From positions 66,688 through 130,687 of the forward strand of contig CAZCCG010000001.1 in the NCBI GenBank assembly GCA_964497535.1: DNA of 64,000 nt. Reading direction: 5' to 3'. The stretch comes from an uncultured Gammaproteobacteria bacterium (GTDB taxonomy: Bacteria > Patescibacteriota > Microgenomatia > Levybacterales > UBA12049). The position numbers were made by a program, and so were the translations under genes. This document shows, one piece after another, positions 27,873-38,363 of the stretch (positions are counted from its first letter, which is position 1; every line of letters starts with the position of its first letter). The notes below the pieces were generated by a model, which ran no database searches, had not been told where the DNA came from, and saw only the letters and a program-made list of their open reading frames with translations.

Positions 27873-27956
27873 CGGAGGAGACAGGATTCGAACCTGCGAG
27901 AGCTTTCGCTCGTACGCTTTCCAAGCGTATGCACTGGGCCACTATGCGACTCCTCC
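27873..27956 (-). tRNA. tRNA-Ser (GGA anticodon).
   Basis: Minus-strand cloverleaf. Acceptor ggaggag/ctcctcc. Anticodon loop ctTGGAaa, read as GGA. Long variable arm. T-loop ttcgaat. Confidence 0.75.
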
Positions 27957-28100
27957 AGTGTCGTTTATTATAACCTACGATCCTTCCTCTGTCTAACACC
28001 CTCATTCTCAGAGTGGTTCCGCGTACTGTTCTGCATAGTTTAGCGGCATACTCAACTTGACATATTCTCAGAAATCGTTCACACTATATCAGCGATTCTT

Positions 28101-29696
28101 ATGCGTTGTTCTGCCCGTTTTTTCACAAAATTACTCCTTTGTATTTGCGCGACCGTAGTATTTTATTTTTTGTATCCTGGAATTGATGCTTATGCTCAAG
28201 CACCATCAGTGGATCAAACCCAACAACCGCTAGTCCAAACAACAAACCCAACAAACTCCTATACTATTCCGCAGACCAATCCCGATGTTCCCCACAACCT
28301 TCATACCTGGACCCAAACAGTAATGATTGAAGTGATGTCAGCAATGACATGCCAACTTACCGGAGTTGACCCAACAACGAGAGAAGGAAAGTGTCTGGGA
28401 ATGGATCCAAAGACACAAAAAATTGGTTTTGTAGAAAGTGGCGGAGGAGCAATAGGAATGATGGGAACGATGATAGCCCAACTCTATACTCCCCCGATTC
28501 ATTTGTATGAATATACAGACTATATGGCAAGTAACTTTGGCATTGCCAAGCCTGCCTATGCCCAACAGCAACCTTGTGATCCTATTCATGGTTATGGTTT
28601 CTGCGGGATATCACCTCTTCTGAGTATCTGGACTGCATTTCGCAATATTGTATATCTTATCTTTACGCTTCTTTTTATTCTGGTAGGGCTGGGAATTATG
28701 CTTCGAATAAAAATTGACCCACGAGCTGTTATGTCGATTGAGAACCAAATACCACGGTTGGTAATGGGGCTGATTGTTATTACATTTTCTTTTGCTATTG
28801 TCGGATTTCTCATTGATATGATGTATGTTATTATCTATGTCATTTTTAACATTTTAAGTGATTCCAGTGTCGTTAACCCTGATACTGCCCATAAGATTGC
28901 TCAAGCACAGAAAACATTTCAGGGAGATAACCCCATTGGATTCATGAATAATATCATCGGTCTGAGAGAAGTTGTAGCTAACTCTTCTGGTGCAGTCAAA
29001 GATCTGGTTCAGAATATGTTTTATCAACGCCCCAATAATGGGAATATTTTTCTTCTCAGCGGCGTTGCAGATTTCTGGGATAATGCTCGCAATGCAGGAG
29101 GGTGGTTTCTGGGAGCGTTCTTTAGCATCCTTTCTTTTTTGATTATTGGAGCAGCAGTACTCTGGGCTATGTTCCGTCTCTGGTTTGCACTCCTGGCTGC
29201 CTATATTTTTCTGCTCGTGGATATTGTCTTAGCTCCTTTTTGGATAATATTTAGTGCATTCCCAGGATCCCCAGCTAACTTTGAAACCTGGATTCGAGAT
29301 GTATTATCTAACTTGATATCATTTATTGTGGTCATTGCCATGTTTATGCTTGGACAAGTCTTTATTGATACGTTCAACAGAGCCGGTGGACAATTATTTG
29401 TCCCCCCCCTCATCGGCAACCCAAATCCTGATGGGACAGGCAGTGCTCTTGCTGCACTCATAGGTCTGGGTATTATTTTAGTCACTCACAAAGCAGTAGA
29501 AATTGCAAAAGACCTTATAAAAGCTCCCACATTCAAATATACCTCCGCTATTGGTGAAGCGCTTACGGTGGGAGCTGCAGGACCCGGTAGATTTACCAAA
29601 CATATGGGAGAACACTTAACTCATGAAAACAAGGGTGGTATGTGGATGTATAAAGGAGGAGCCGTTGCTTCAGTAGGAAGATTCTTTGGGTTCTAG
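28101..29696 (+). CDS. Polytopic membrane protein with signal peptide; possibly VirB6/TrbL-like (inference from topology and locus).
   Basis: 531 aa. Cleavable leader, Cys-containing periplasmic stretch, then at least six TM helices. Confidence 0.45.
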   Translation: MRCSARFFTKLLLCICATVVFYFLYPGIDAYAQAPSVDQTQQPLVQTTNPTNSYTIPQTNPDVPHNLHTWTQTVMIEVMSAMTCQLTGVDPTTREGKCLGMDPKTQKIGFVESGGGAIGMMGTMIAQLYTPPIHLYEYTDYMASNFGIAKPAYAQQQPCDPIHGYGFCGISPLLSIWTAFRNIVYLIFTLLFILVGLGIMLRIKIDPRAVMSIENQIPRLVMGLIVITFSFAIVGFLIDMMYVIIYVIFNILSDSSVVNPDTAHKIAQAQKTFQGDNPIGFMNNIIGLREVVANSSGAVKDLVQNMFYQRPNNGNIFLLSGVADFWDNARNAGGWFLGAFFSILSFLIIGAAVLWAMFRLWFALLAAYIFLLVDIVLAPFWIIFSAFPGSPANFETWIRDVLSNLISFIVVIAMFMLGQVFIDTFNRAGGQLFVPPLIGNPNPDGTGSALAALIGLGIILVTHKAVEIAKDLIKAPTFKYTSAIGEALTVGAAGPGRFTKHMGEHLTHENKGGMWMYKGGAVASVGRFFGF

Positions 29697-29697
29697 G

Positions 29698-32600
29698 TTA
29701 AGCCGCTAATTTCTTGACTCCGCCGCCAAAATCCATAATACGGACTATTTCGGCACCGCCGAATGTCAGAAGCAGAAGCATAATTACCAACATTCTCCGT
29801 TGTACAAAATGCTTCGGTGAAGCTCGTAGCTCGTCTCTCAAACCAAACCATGAGGATTCAACGCTCTCAATCTGATGATGACGTTCTTGTTCCAGCAATC
29901 TTTCCTGTTCCTCTTGGCTCAAGTAGAGACGATTTCCTGTCTGAGGATCAAAAAGGGGTTTCCCATTTGCATCATGTCTTGTCTTCTGATCCTCTGTGAG
30001 TTCTACAACTCTGGCTTGTTTTATCAGCTTATTCCTATATTCATCCAATATATGCATGGTCGCTTCCATATCCAGATTTTCTGCTTGTGGACCATATATT
30101 TTCTCTATTTGAGTCAATATTCCTCTCATGGGTAATTCTTTAATACCCAACGCGTCTGCCCATGCCGGAATCCGACGCAATTTAATGTCTGTTCCCATCG
30201 TATATTTCAATACGTTTATTCTTCCATCCGGCCCGTTATAAGCAGAAGAAAGCTCGGCAACATCTTCTGCAGCGGTATACCGCTTTTCCATAGCCTCAAC
30301 ACGAATCACCCCATTGAGCAACTTTTCTCCTGCTTCATCAGCAACTTTTGTATCATTCCACATACGCCGCAAGCCGTCTCCACCAGCCTCTGTAGAAAGC
30401 TGTTGAGAAAGAGGGACATATTTCCCAACCGTTTTTTTATTTCCATCCTCATCAACATACGTAAGCTCGGTTTTCTCCAGTTCTTCCAGGAAAGCGTCAT
30501 CAACTACGAGGGTACGAAAATAAGTATCAGTAAAACGATAATCATCAATAAGCATATCTCTTGTTTTTTGATCGGAAGCAAATCCTTTTATTCTCCTAAA
30601 CATTTCAACTAATTGTGCTGCTCTTAATCTTCCTTGTTCAAGATCCATTGAACCATTGTCTTTTGGTGCCAATGCTTTTGCTACATCTTCCGTATATTCC
30701 CCAAAACCCTGACTCAAATCCAATTGCTCAAATTTCTGATACCCACGTCTTCGCACCATTTGTATGACCTTTCCATATTCTTCTTTGAAACGATCATACC
30801 GATATTCTGCCAAGGTTCGTTCATCGCGCGCACTTTGAGGTGTCCCTTTGCCTTTCCCAGGTTCATCCAGAGAATCGAATAGCTCATCCTCTACTAAGCT
30901 TCTAAATGACCCTTCATCCTTCGCTCTTTCTCGAAATAACTTCAATACTTCTTCCGGTCGATACTGTGCGATTTTTTGCCATATTGCATCTGCTTCGGGA
31001 ACAACTTCCTTTCTTACTTTTTTATGAGTATGATGATCTTCTTCCTCAATAATATGTTTTCTACTGGCGGTTTTTAACCGAAAGAATAATGCAAAATCTT
31101 CAGCTGTTTGTCCTCGGGCATTTTTACCTTCTGTCTCCTGAAATCGATCACGGAATCTACTCTGCATTGAATCTAAAATAGCTTCAATCCTCCAGCCGGA
31201 AGATAAAATATCCGGAGGAGCAATAAAATCTCTAAATTTTCTGGTTCCCAACTCAAGCATTTGTTCTCTTGTAAGAGAGACATTTATCCCTTGTTCCCGC
31301 TGGGCCTCTACCCAATCATTTGCCATATCCAGCTTAATTGCATCAACATATTGACGTTGATCCGCAGTAACAATACCCCATTTCTCATAATTAAATTCCT
31401 CTTCGTTATAGATTTTAAGCGGCCCGATAGGGTCGGTTCTATATACTTTTGTGGGGCTCAGCTCTCTTTTGCCGCGGGCTGCAATGACAGCTTGCCGTTG
31501 AGACCCAACTAATACATCATATGCTGAGCGCACCACACGAGTAATTTTTGCATAGGTATTGTATACTTCGGTTATTGTAGCTCTTTCATCTTGAGAAATG
31601 ATGGCCCTTCCATGCTCATCTGTTGTTGCACGCTGGAATTCTTTATCAGACATTTTAGCAAGTTCAAAATAAGTATAAGGTCTTCCAGAAGAAGAAATAA
31701 TACTCTGCTGAAAACGTTCTTCATCCAAAGAACCAAACTTCCCTACTCCCCGCTGTGTTAATTGAAATTGTTCTTCTATTACGTCTCCTTGCAGTTTGTA
31801 AATAAGATCATTTGTCACGTTCTTTCTTTGTTGCTTCAGTCTCATATCATCCAATGCCTCATGCAGCCTTCCGGCTATATCCCCGACTAAATTTTCTTCA
31901 ATACTCATGCTATAGAGTAACCCATGCATACCCACTTGGCTGGCTGCAGACTGCACCTGTTCTATGCTGCGGCCTCCCATGACACTTCGAAGCTTAATCA
32001 TATTGATCCGTGAATTAAAATGTCGTGTAAATTCCTCAGCGTCGGCTCGATTGTATTTGCTCAAAAATCTGGAACCGGTAGAAAAAGACTGCATGAGACT
32101 TTGCATAAAGGGAGAGTCTAACTCTTGGTTTTCCCTTACATTCATATATAACAGATCGAATTGTTGATCCAACCAACCAATCGGATTTGTCAACAGTTCA
32201 TCCATATCCCGATCATCCAGGAGTGAAAGACGGTAGCTCTCTTTCGTCCTCGCATCTAACCGGGTTCTTTCCCCCCGTAAACGAGGGCGCCCCATGAATG
32301 AATTAAGCATATCTGCCGCTTCTTCTGCAGTAACCCCTCTTAAGGCCATTATTTGTTTGATTTGTATGAGTTGAATGTCATCAAGAAGCTTTGCCTGATC
32401 AGACGGATCTATAATACCCTCTTCAGTCTCAGCATTGATACGATCACGTTCTTCTCTCAGTGATTTTTCGGTAAGTTTTCCATCCTCTCCTAGTTTCTTG
32501 AGACGGCTGGCAAAATAATGTCCCCGGTTACCGGGTTCGTAATTACCTAGATCTAAATCTTCAGTAACAGTCCTTGCAAAGGCATCTGCACTCTCTGTAC

Positions 32601-33303
32601 CTCTTTGTCGATTACCGGTTTGATTTTCATCTGTTCCACCTCTATTTGCTGCTCCGGGTCCTCCCCCTTCCCCTTTCAAACCTTTTTCTTCAAGCTCCTG
32701 CGCCGCTTCTATTCCTATTTGCACCAAATCTATCAGCTCAGTTTCAGGAATTTTCTCACCGGCATCTTCTCTCTCCATTTGGTTTTCCTGACGCCTTAAT
32801 AGTTCCCCAAACACCGAAGACCCATACTGTTGCAAATCAGAAGCTAACCCTTCTACTGCTGCAAATACTTCATGCTGGTCTCTCCCATCGAGTTCTCTTT
32901 CCAACTCTTGTCTTCTTTGTCTTCCGAAGACGATTTCTCCTCGATACGCATCTTTTAATTCTTCATTATTCCATCGGTCAAGAGGTTTTACATCAATACG
33001 TTCTTGTTGGTTACGGGCAAAATTTCGAGCCTGAACATCTCGAATCTTGAGGATTGGATCTTGGGGTGGCTGTGTCTCCATTGGACGAGCAGCTTCAACT
33101 GCCGGCCGGAACCCTCCGAGTACTTCTGATGCACTGGGGCCATTATCTATCATAAATAATACTTCACTTTTAGCATACGGTCTGGGAGCTTCGGTTGTCA
33201 ACCGTGGAGCCTGATTTCTAGGCTCAAAAAGGGTACGAGCACCAAATGTGCTGGTCCGTGCCTGTTCAGAAACTGATGGTGTAAAAGTTAATCCTTCTTT
33301 CAT
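29698..33303 (-). CDS. Giant hypothetical protein (1201 aa), largely helical/charged with a C-terminal TM anchor.
   Basis: Single uninterrupted ORF. C-terminus MLVIMLLLLTFGGAEIVRIM is hydrophobic. No recognisable catalytic motif. Confidence 0.5.
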   Translation of the reverse strand: MKEGLTFTPSVSEQARTSTFGARTLFEPRNQAPRLTTEAPRPYAKSEVLFMIDNGPSASEVLGGFRPAVEAARPMETQPPQDPILKIRDVQARNFARNQQERIDVKPLDRWNNEELKDAYRGEIVFGRQRRQELERELDGRDQHEVFAAVEGLASDLQQYGSSVFGELLRRQENQMEREDAGEKIPETELIDLVQIGIEAAQELEEKGLKGEGGGPGAANRGGTDENQTGNRQRGTESADAFARTVTEDLDLGNYEPGNRGHYFASRLKKLGEDGKLTEKSLREERDRINAETEEGIIDPSDQAKLLDDIQLIQIKQIMALRGVTAEEAADMLNSFMGRPRLRGERTRLDARTKESYRLSLLDDRDMDELLTNPIGWLDQQFDLLYMNVRENQELDSPFMQSLMQSFSTGSRFLSKYNRADAEEFTRHFNSRINMIKLRSVMGGRSIEQVQSAASQVGMHGLLYSMSIEENLVGDIAGRLHEALDDMRLKQQRKNVTNDLIYKLQGDVIEEQFQLTQRGVGKFGSLDEERFQQSIISSSGRPYTYFELAKMSDKEFQRATTDEHGRAIISQDERATITEVYNTYAKITRVVRSAYDVLVGSQRQAVIAARGKRELSPTKVYRTDPIGPLKIYNEEEFNYEKWGIVTADQRQYVDAIKLDMANDWVEAQREQGINVSLTREQMLELGTRKFRDFIAPPDILSSGWRIEAILDSMQSRFRDRFQETEGKNARGQTAEDFALFFRLKTASRKHIIEEEDHHTHKKVRKEVVPEADAIWQKIAQYRPEEVLKLFRERAKDEGSFRSLVEDELFDSLDEPGKGKGTPQSARDERTLAEYRYDRFKEEYGKVIQMVRRRGYQKFEQLDLSQGFGEYTEDVAKALAPKDNGSMDLEQGRLRAAQLVEMFRRIKGFASDQKTRDMLIDDYRFTDTYFRTLVVDDAFLEELEKTELTYVDEDGNKKTVGKYVPLSQQLSTEAGGDGLRRMWNDTKVADEAGEKLLNGVIRVEAMEKRYTAAEDVAELSSAYNGPDGRINVLKYTMGTDIKLRRIPAWADALGIKELPMRGILTQIEKIYGPQAENLDMEATMHILDEYRNKLIKQARVVELTEDQKTRHDANGKPLFDPQTGNRLYLSQEEQERLLEQERHHQIESVESSWFGLRDELRASPKHFVQRRMLVIMLLLLTFGGAEIVRIMDFGGGVKKLAA

Positions 33304-33411
33304 ACCCGCAGTTTAACCGATGCAGCCTCATCAAGCTTGATATTGAGATTACAGCCAGCTCACAAAAGCCTGATATTTATTATTTAAAATGTATGATTTA
33401 TAATTGACGGG

Positions 33412-33777
33412 ATGAAGCCAGCTGACTTAGCGAAGAGACTAAAAACATTCGCGCTAACAGTATTAAAACTTGTTAAAATGCTGCCTAAAACAGAAGAAAA
33501 TAGGATATATGGGAGACAAGTAATACGCTCTTCATCATCTATAGGTGCTAACTATGCTGAGGCGCTGTGCGCTTTTACCTCTCCAGACTTTCTGCATGAC
33601 ATGAATAAATGTAGAAAAGAATCGAATGAAAGTGTATACTGGCTTGAGTTAATCTTTGAAGCAAATCCTGATTTCCAAGTTGTAATGACTGATTTAATTG
33701 ATGAAAGTAGACAACTATTGAAGATTTTTATGAGTTCTGTAAAAACTGCTAAAGAAAATCAAAAAAATAAAAAATAG
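33412..33777 (+). CDS. Four-helix-bundle protein of the 23S-rRNA-intervening-sequence / Avd-like family (TIGR02436-like), copy 1.
   Basis: QVIRSSSSIGANYAEA motif and YWLELI block; 121 aa. Confidence 0.7.
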   Translation: MKPADLAKRLKTFALTVLKLVKMLPKTEENRIYGRQVIRSSSSIGANYAEALCAFTSPDFLHDMNKCRKESNESVYWLELIFEANPDFQVVMTDLIDESRQLLKIFMSSVKTAKENQKNKK

Positions 33778-33807
33778 CTTTTCATAATAATAAATATTAA
33801 ATAATAA

Positions 33808-35166
33808 ATGCTAGATAAGACGACTCCTACTCATTTTGAATCTCTCTACCCTGTTGACTCACGCTCTGCTGAGCTTGAAAAGATAGTAACCTTTATTAAA
33901 GAAGGCAATTCCTGTCAAATCGTATCGTTACCCGGAGTCGGACGGGCCAACTTATTGGGATTTCTTGCCTATAATAAGGCTATAAAGGAGAAGCACCTAA
34001 GGGAAACCCTCAAATGGTTTCATTTTGTAGTCGTTAATTTCTCAGAAGTCCGCAAAAAGTCGCTCTTTGATGTGACGAAGTTTTTATTCCTGGCACTGGT
34101 TGACTCCTTACAAGAACGTGGCCTCACGCAGGAGTATGAGAAGGCAAGTACCATTTTTAAAGAATCTCTTAATTTTAACGATGAAGTCGTCTTGTTTGGA
34201 GGTCTGAAAAAGACAATAGATCTGTTGGCTATAGAGAAAGAGCTGACAGTTGTTTTTTTGTTTGACCGGTTTGAGTCATATATCCCCCAGCTGTCCGAAG
34301 ATTTCTTTACGAACCTGAGGATTTTGCGCAATCGTGCGAAATATCGTTTTTCTGTTGTGTTGACACTCAATCGTCCGCTTGAAGATAGTATCGATCCGGC
34401 TGTATTTGCAGACTTTCATGAATTTCTGGCAGGACATACCATTTATCTGCCACTTGTAGACGAACAGGGAATCATGTTTCGAATCGCCTATATCCAAAAA
34501 GTTACCGGTAAAACACTGGATAAAAAGCTCCTGGACAAAGTACTTGAGCTTACTGCAAAACACGGGAAGCTTACCCGCATCTCGGTTGAGATATTAACCA
34601 ATGGAGATCATGCAGATGTAACAGCAGAAACAGTTGAGAATTTCCTCCTCTCTCAAAAGACAATCCGAGGAGTCTTATATGAAATATGGAATGCCCTTAC
34701 CCCAGCAGAACAAACCCATTTGGAAAAGGCTCTTTTTGGAAAAGACACCTACGATGAACATACCCAGTATTTAGAACATGTAGGACTCATAAAAAACGAG
34801 AAAATTATCATTCCCCTCTTTGCCGCATTTGTAGAATCCCAAAAACAGAACACTTCAACACAAAAAGAGGAACATATCTCTTTTGATGCAATGACCAATG
34901 ATATTACAAAAGGGAAATTAGTGCTAACTGACAAACTGACAACTGCAGAATATCGGCTCCTGCAATACCTTTTGGAGAACTCGGACAAAATTCTTGCGCG
35001 GGAAGAAGTAATTACTGCGGTATGGCAGGATAAATCAACAGCCGGAGTCACCGACCAGGCGCTGGACCAGCTCATTTTTCGAATCCGTAAAAAAATCGAG
35101 GATGACCCCAATAACCCACAGCATCTCCAGACGGTAAAAGGGCGGGGATTTCGCTTCCTCCCCTAG
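33808..35166 (+). CDS. Transcriptional regulator: N-terminal NTPase-like domain plus C-terminal OmpR/PhoB-type winged-helix DNA-binding domain.
   Basis: C-terminus LTTAEYRLLQYLLENSDKILAREEVITAVWQD...DQLIFRIRKKIEDDPNNPQHLQTVKGRGFRF is a textbook trans_reg_C domain. N-terminal SLPGVGRANLLGF is P-loop-like. Confidence 0.65.
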   Translation: MLDKTTPTHFESLYPVDSRSAELEKIVTFIKEGNSCQIVSLPGVGRANLLGFLAYNKAIKEKHLRETLKWFHFVVVNFSEVRKKSLFDVTKFLFLALVDSLQERGLTQEYEKASTIFKESLNFNDEVVLFGGLKKTIDLLAIEKELTVVFLFDRFESYIPQLSEDFFTNLRILRNRAKYRFSVVLTLNRPLEDSIDPAVFADFHEFLAGHTIYLPLVDEQGIMFRIAYIQKVTGKTLDKKLLDKVLELTAKHGKLTRISVEILTNGDHADVTAETVENFLLSQKTIRGVLYEIWNALTPAEQTHLEKALFGKDTYDEHTQYLEHVGLIKNEKIIIPLFAAFVESQKQNTSTQKEEHISFDAMTNDITKGKLVLTDKLTTAEYRLLQYLLENSDKILAREEVITAVWQDKSTAGVTDQALDQLIFRIRKKIEDDPNNPQHLQTVKGRGFRFLP

Positions 35167-35206
35167 ACTTGCAATTTTCTCATAATTTAAGTTACGATCA
35201 ATCTAT

Positions 35207-36685
35207 ATGAACTATTTGAGACTCTTTTTGAGCGTTCTTCTCTTGCTTTCTTTTCCCATCAAAGCCTACGCCGATAACGCAGTTACTATGACCTATAAAC
35301 CCTCTCCTCTTTTTGCCAATAGCCCGGCTGTCAATTTCACCTTTCAGACCTCACCAGACAATCCCATCTTTACAGTAAAACCGCAATCGGGATATAACAC
35401 CTATACGCTTGCATTATGGAGACCCGGAGCTGACGCGAGCAATATTAAAGAACTAACCTTTTATTATCATGTAACAGCAACTCAATCAGCTTCTTTAGGC
35501 AATATGTTAGAAACTGGAGATTTTGATTTGCAAAAAAAATATGAAGCCTCAACCAATGCCACGGTTTGTGATAATATTTTCAGCTGTCTGGGTACCGCGC
35601 TTATTCCCGGAGGAGGATATCTTGTCGGATATCAAATTGCCAAAGATATTACCGGTAATAAGGTCATTCCCATTCAAATGAATACTCCTGGATATTGGAC
35701 ATTAAAATTATATCGAGAACAATTTCAACCAAAAACTGAAGACAAACAAAAAGATGATCCAAAAACAGGACTCATGTATGTCGACCAACCAAAATTTAAT
35801 ACGCTTATTCCCCTCTATGAAGGAGGATATCGAGTCTATCCTATCTGTGATGAAACGAAAGGATGTATCGCTTTAAGAATTTCCCCTTCTCAAATTAAAA
35901 ATGGCCAACCGTATGATCTCTATATTATTAATGCTATTCCCGGCCAAACGTATACCGTCTGGTATATGAAAAATGGAGTAACTGATGCATCAGCAATACG
36001 ATCAGCGAAGCCCAATATGGACATTATGAAGCCGGGAACTTTTGGTGATATTGCTCCTGATGGAACTCCTTATCCCATCGGCACACTTACAAAGATTGGC
36101 TCACAAGCTAAATCACCGTTCAGTGATATAAAGAATAATATTCTTTGTGTTTCTGCTGTAGGAACAGCACTTGACAGCTTTAGCACGAACCAGCTGACCT
36201 GTGATTTCTGGTTTAACCTCAATGATGTCCTGCGAAATGCCAGTGATCCAAATACTGCAGATGATGTCAATTATACCGTCCTCAGTAACCAACCCGGCCT
36301 GCCTCATCCTGATGAACCTCTTATCGATGAGAGTAGCTTTAAGAAAAAGACTACCCCTCCTCCCTGTTCTAAAGATAAAGATGCCTTCCAGAATGGATTA
36401 TGCGCACGATTTGATACGGCTATTGGGCCAATTGATACCACGCCAATGGGCTTTGTAAAGAGTGTATTTGGAATATTATTGTCACTTGCGGGAGTCATTG
36501 CCCTTATTATCATCATCTATTCCGGTTATTTGCTTATCATGTCCCAGGGAAATCCGGAAAAGATACAAGGAGCAAAAGATTCCATAACTTCTGCAATAGT
36601 CGGGCTTTTATTTATGATCTTTTCAATTATTATTATGCAATTTATTGGCGTAAACATCCTCCAACTCCCGGGATTTGGCAAATAA
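35207..36685 (+). CDS. Secreted protein with large extracellular domain and C-terminal TrbC/VirB2-like T4SS pilin module.
   Basis: Signal peptide. C-terminal LLSLAGVIALIIIIYSGYLLIMSQGNPEKIQGAKDSITSAIVGLLFMIFSIIIM matches the pilin pattern of the downstream small pilins. Confidence 0.55.
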   Translation: MNYLRLFLSVLLLLSFPIKAYADNAVTMTYKPSPLFANSPAVNFTFQTSPDNPIFTVKPQSGYNTYTLALWRPGADASNIKELTFYYHVTATQSASLGNMLETGDFDLQKKYEASTNATVCDNIFSCLGTALIPGGGYLVGYQIAKDITGNKVIPIQMNTPGYWTLKLYREQFQPKTEDKQKDDPKTGLMYVDQPKFNTLIPLYEGGYRVYPICDETKGCIALRISPSQIKNGQPYDLYIINAIPGQTYTVWYMKNGVTDASAIRSAKPNMDIMKPGTFGDIAPDGTPYPIGTLTKIGSQAKSPFSDIKNNILCVSAVGTALDSFSTNQLTCDFWFNLNDVLRNASDPNTADDVNYTVLSNQPGLPHPDEPLIDESSFKKKTTPPPCSKDKDAFQNGLCARFDTAIGPIDTTPMGFVKSVFGILLSLAGVIALIIIIYSGYLLIMSQGNPEKIQGAKDSITSAIVGLLFMIFSIIIMQFIGVNILQLPGFGK

Positions 36686-36711
36686 GATAAGCGTAAAGTG
36701 TAAAACGAAAA

Positions 36712-37086
36712 ATGCAAAGTAATAATGCTAAAGCAAAGCCGGAATTAAAGCAGCGAGCCTACATATACGCATTAGATATTATTCAATTTATTGATACCCT
36801 TGATAAAAAAGATTTCACTGTTCAAATCCTTGCCAAACAGTTATTGAGAAGTGCTACAAGTATTGGAGCCAACATTATTGAAGCTCAAGCTGGAAGCTCT
36901 AAAAAGGATTTTACGAATTTTTTTTCATATGCTTTAAAGTCTGCAAATGAAAGTAAATTCTGGTTAGGGCTCCTTCGAGATTCCCAGAAAGCAAATAAAG
37001 AAACTGTTAACAACCTGCTTCAAGAGACTTCCGAACTATCAAATATTTTAGGGTCAAGTATCTTAACGCTGAAGGGGAAACATTAA
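36712..37086 (+). CDS. Four-helix-bundle / Avd-like protein, copy 2.
   Basis: QLLRSATSIGANIIEAQAG and FWLGLL motifs; 124 aa. Confidence 0.7.
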   Translation: MQSNNAKAKPELKQRAYIYALDIIQFIDTLDKKDFTVQILAKQLLRSATSIGANIIEAQAGSSKKDFTNFFSYALKSANESKFWLGLLRDSQKANKETVNNLLQETSELSNILGSSILTLKGKH

Positions 37087-37157
37087 TTTGTTATTGTTTT
37101 TCACTTTTCACTTTTAATTTTACGCTTTCATGTTGTATACTATAATAAATTCACATA

Positions 37158-37490
37158 ATGAATCACTTACTCGCTCTTAGCATCAATGGACAACAAGTCC
37201 AGACTCCTGGAGGACTTCAGAATACCAGTAATGTAACTATTTCCTCTCTCATTTTTTTTGGAATTAATATGCTCATTTTTGCCGCTATTGCCTTGGCATC
37301 AATATTTTTGGTGGTATCAGGTGTGCAATGGATTATGTCAGGAGGAGATAAGCAAAAAATTGAATCAGCCCGAAAAAGAATTACACTGATTGTCACAGGG
37401 CTGATTATTGTTTTGGGAGCAGTACTGATACTCAACCTGGTAGGAGGAGTTTTTGGTATTAATTTCATGCAGGTACAGTTTCCCTCTTGA
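37158..37490 (+). CDS. TrbC/VirB2-like T4SS pilin.
   Basis: 110 aa. Two TM helices flank GVQWIMSGGDKQKIESARKRI. Confidence 0.6.
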   Translation: MNHLLALSINGQQVQTPGGLQNTSNVTISSLIFFGINMLIFAAIALASIFLVVSGVQWIMSGGDKQKIESARKRITLIVTGLIIVLGAVLILNLVGGVFGINFMQVQFPS

Positions 37491-37511
37491 CAAACTAAAG
37501 AAAAACTTACT

Positions 37512-37949
37512 ATGATAACTTTAATGAGAGTAAAACAGTCTATCGGTCTTATTGGTGGTACTATTGCATCATTAGCTTTTGTTCCACAAGCGTTTGCGCA
37601 GGCTCCATCTGACCCTAATTCTATTTGTCCACAGGATTCTGTATTTTTCAAACTATGTACCCAGGTTGGAGGATTGTCTTTGGGAAATATTGTTGGGAAA
37701 GTCATCAGTCTGTTATTGGTAGTAGCAGTTGTGGTCGCTCTTATCTTCCTGGTCTGGGGCGGCATCAAATGGATCATGTCAGGCGGAGATAAAGCAGGTG
37801 TTGAAGGCGCACGAAATCAAATTATCGCAGCAGTTGTCGGTCTGATTGTAGCATTTGCTGCTTATATCATCTTGAACTTTGTATTAGGGCTCTTCGGACT
37901 CGGAGCAGCCAATGCCATTGTCCTTCCTACCCTCATCCCCAATCCATAA
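37512..37949 (+). CDS. TrbC/VirB2-like T4SS pilin.
   Basis: 145 aa. Signal peptide. Two TM helices flank GGIKWIMSGGDKAGVEGARNQI. Confidence 0.6.
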   Translation: MITLMRVKQSIGLIGGTIASLAFVPQAFAQAPSDPNSICPQDSVFFKLCTQVGGLSLGNIVGKVISLLLVVAVVVALIFLVWGGIKWIMSGGDKAGVEGARNQIIAAVVGLIVAFAAYIILNFVLGLFGLGAANAIVLPTLIPNP

Positions 37950-38004
37950 AGATCTCTCCCCTTGTTATTGTTTTTATCACATCAACTTGTTACTATAATT
38001 ATAT

Positions 38005-38322
38005 ATGTGGGATAGCTGTGCGCCAAATGGAGTTGCAACAATACAATGTATTCCGGTTCTTATCAAACTTCTTATTAATGCTGCCTTTAGTTTTGTCGGG
38101 ATAACGGCACTTTTTTTCATCATCTGGTCCGGAGTTCAATTGGTGACAGCCTCAGGAGAGGATCCAAAACAAGTTGAAGGAGCACGAAAAACTCTGACAT
38201 TTGCTATTGTTGGACTTATTGTCGTTCTTATGTCATTTTTTGTAGTCAACTTTGTAGCCTTTGTCAGTGGAACTCCCTGTATTGCGCAATTTGATACCTT
38301 TACTCTCGGCAGCTGCCAGTAA
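38005..38322 (+). CDS. TrbC/VirB2-like T4SS pilin.
   Basis: 105 aa. SGVQLVTASGEDPKQVEGARKTL lies between two TM helices. Confidence 0.55.
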   Translation: MWDSCAPNGVATIQCIPVLIKLLINAAFSFVGITALFFIIWSGVQLVTASGEDPKQVEGARKTLTFAIVGLIVVLMSFFVVNFVAFVSGTPCIAQFDTFTLGSCQ

Positions 38323-38363
38323 TGATGAATTCCAAATTTATAATATCCAATTTCTAATTTCAA

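Noticed and set aside
27685-28005. 106-aa ORF on the minus strand.
   Set aside because: Overlaps the tRNA-Ser(GGA) gene and the NUDIX 3-prime end; the tRNA fold explains it.
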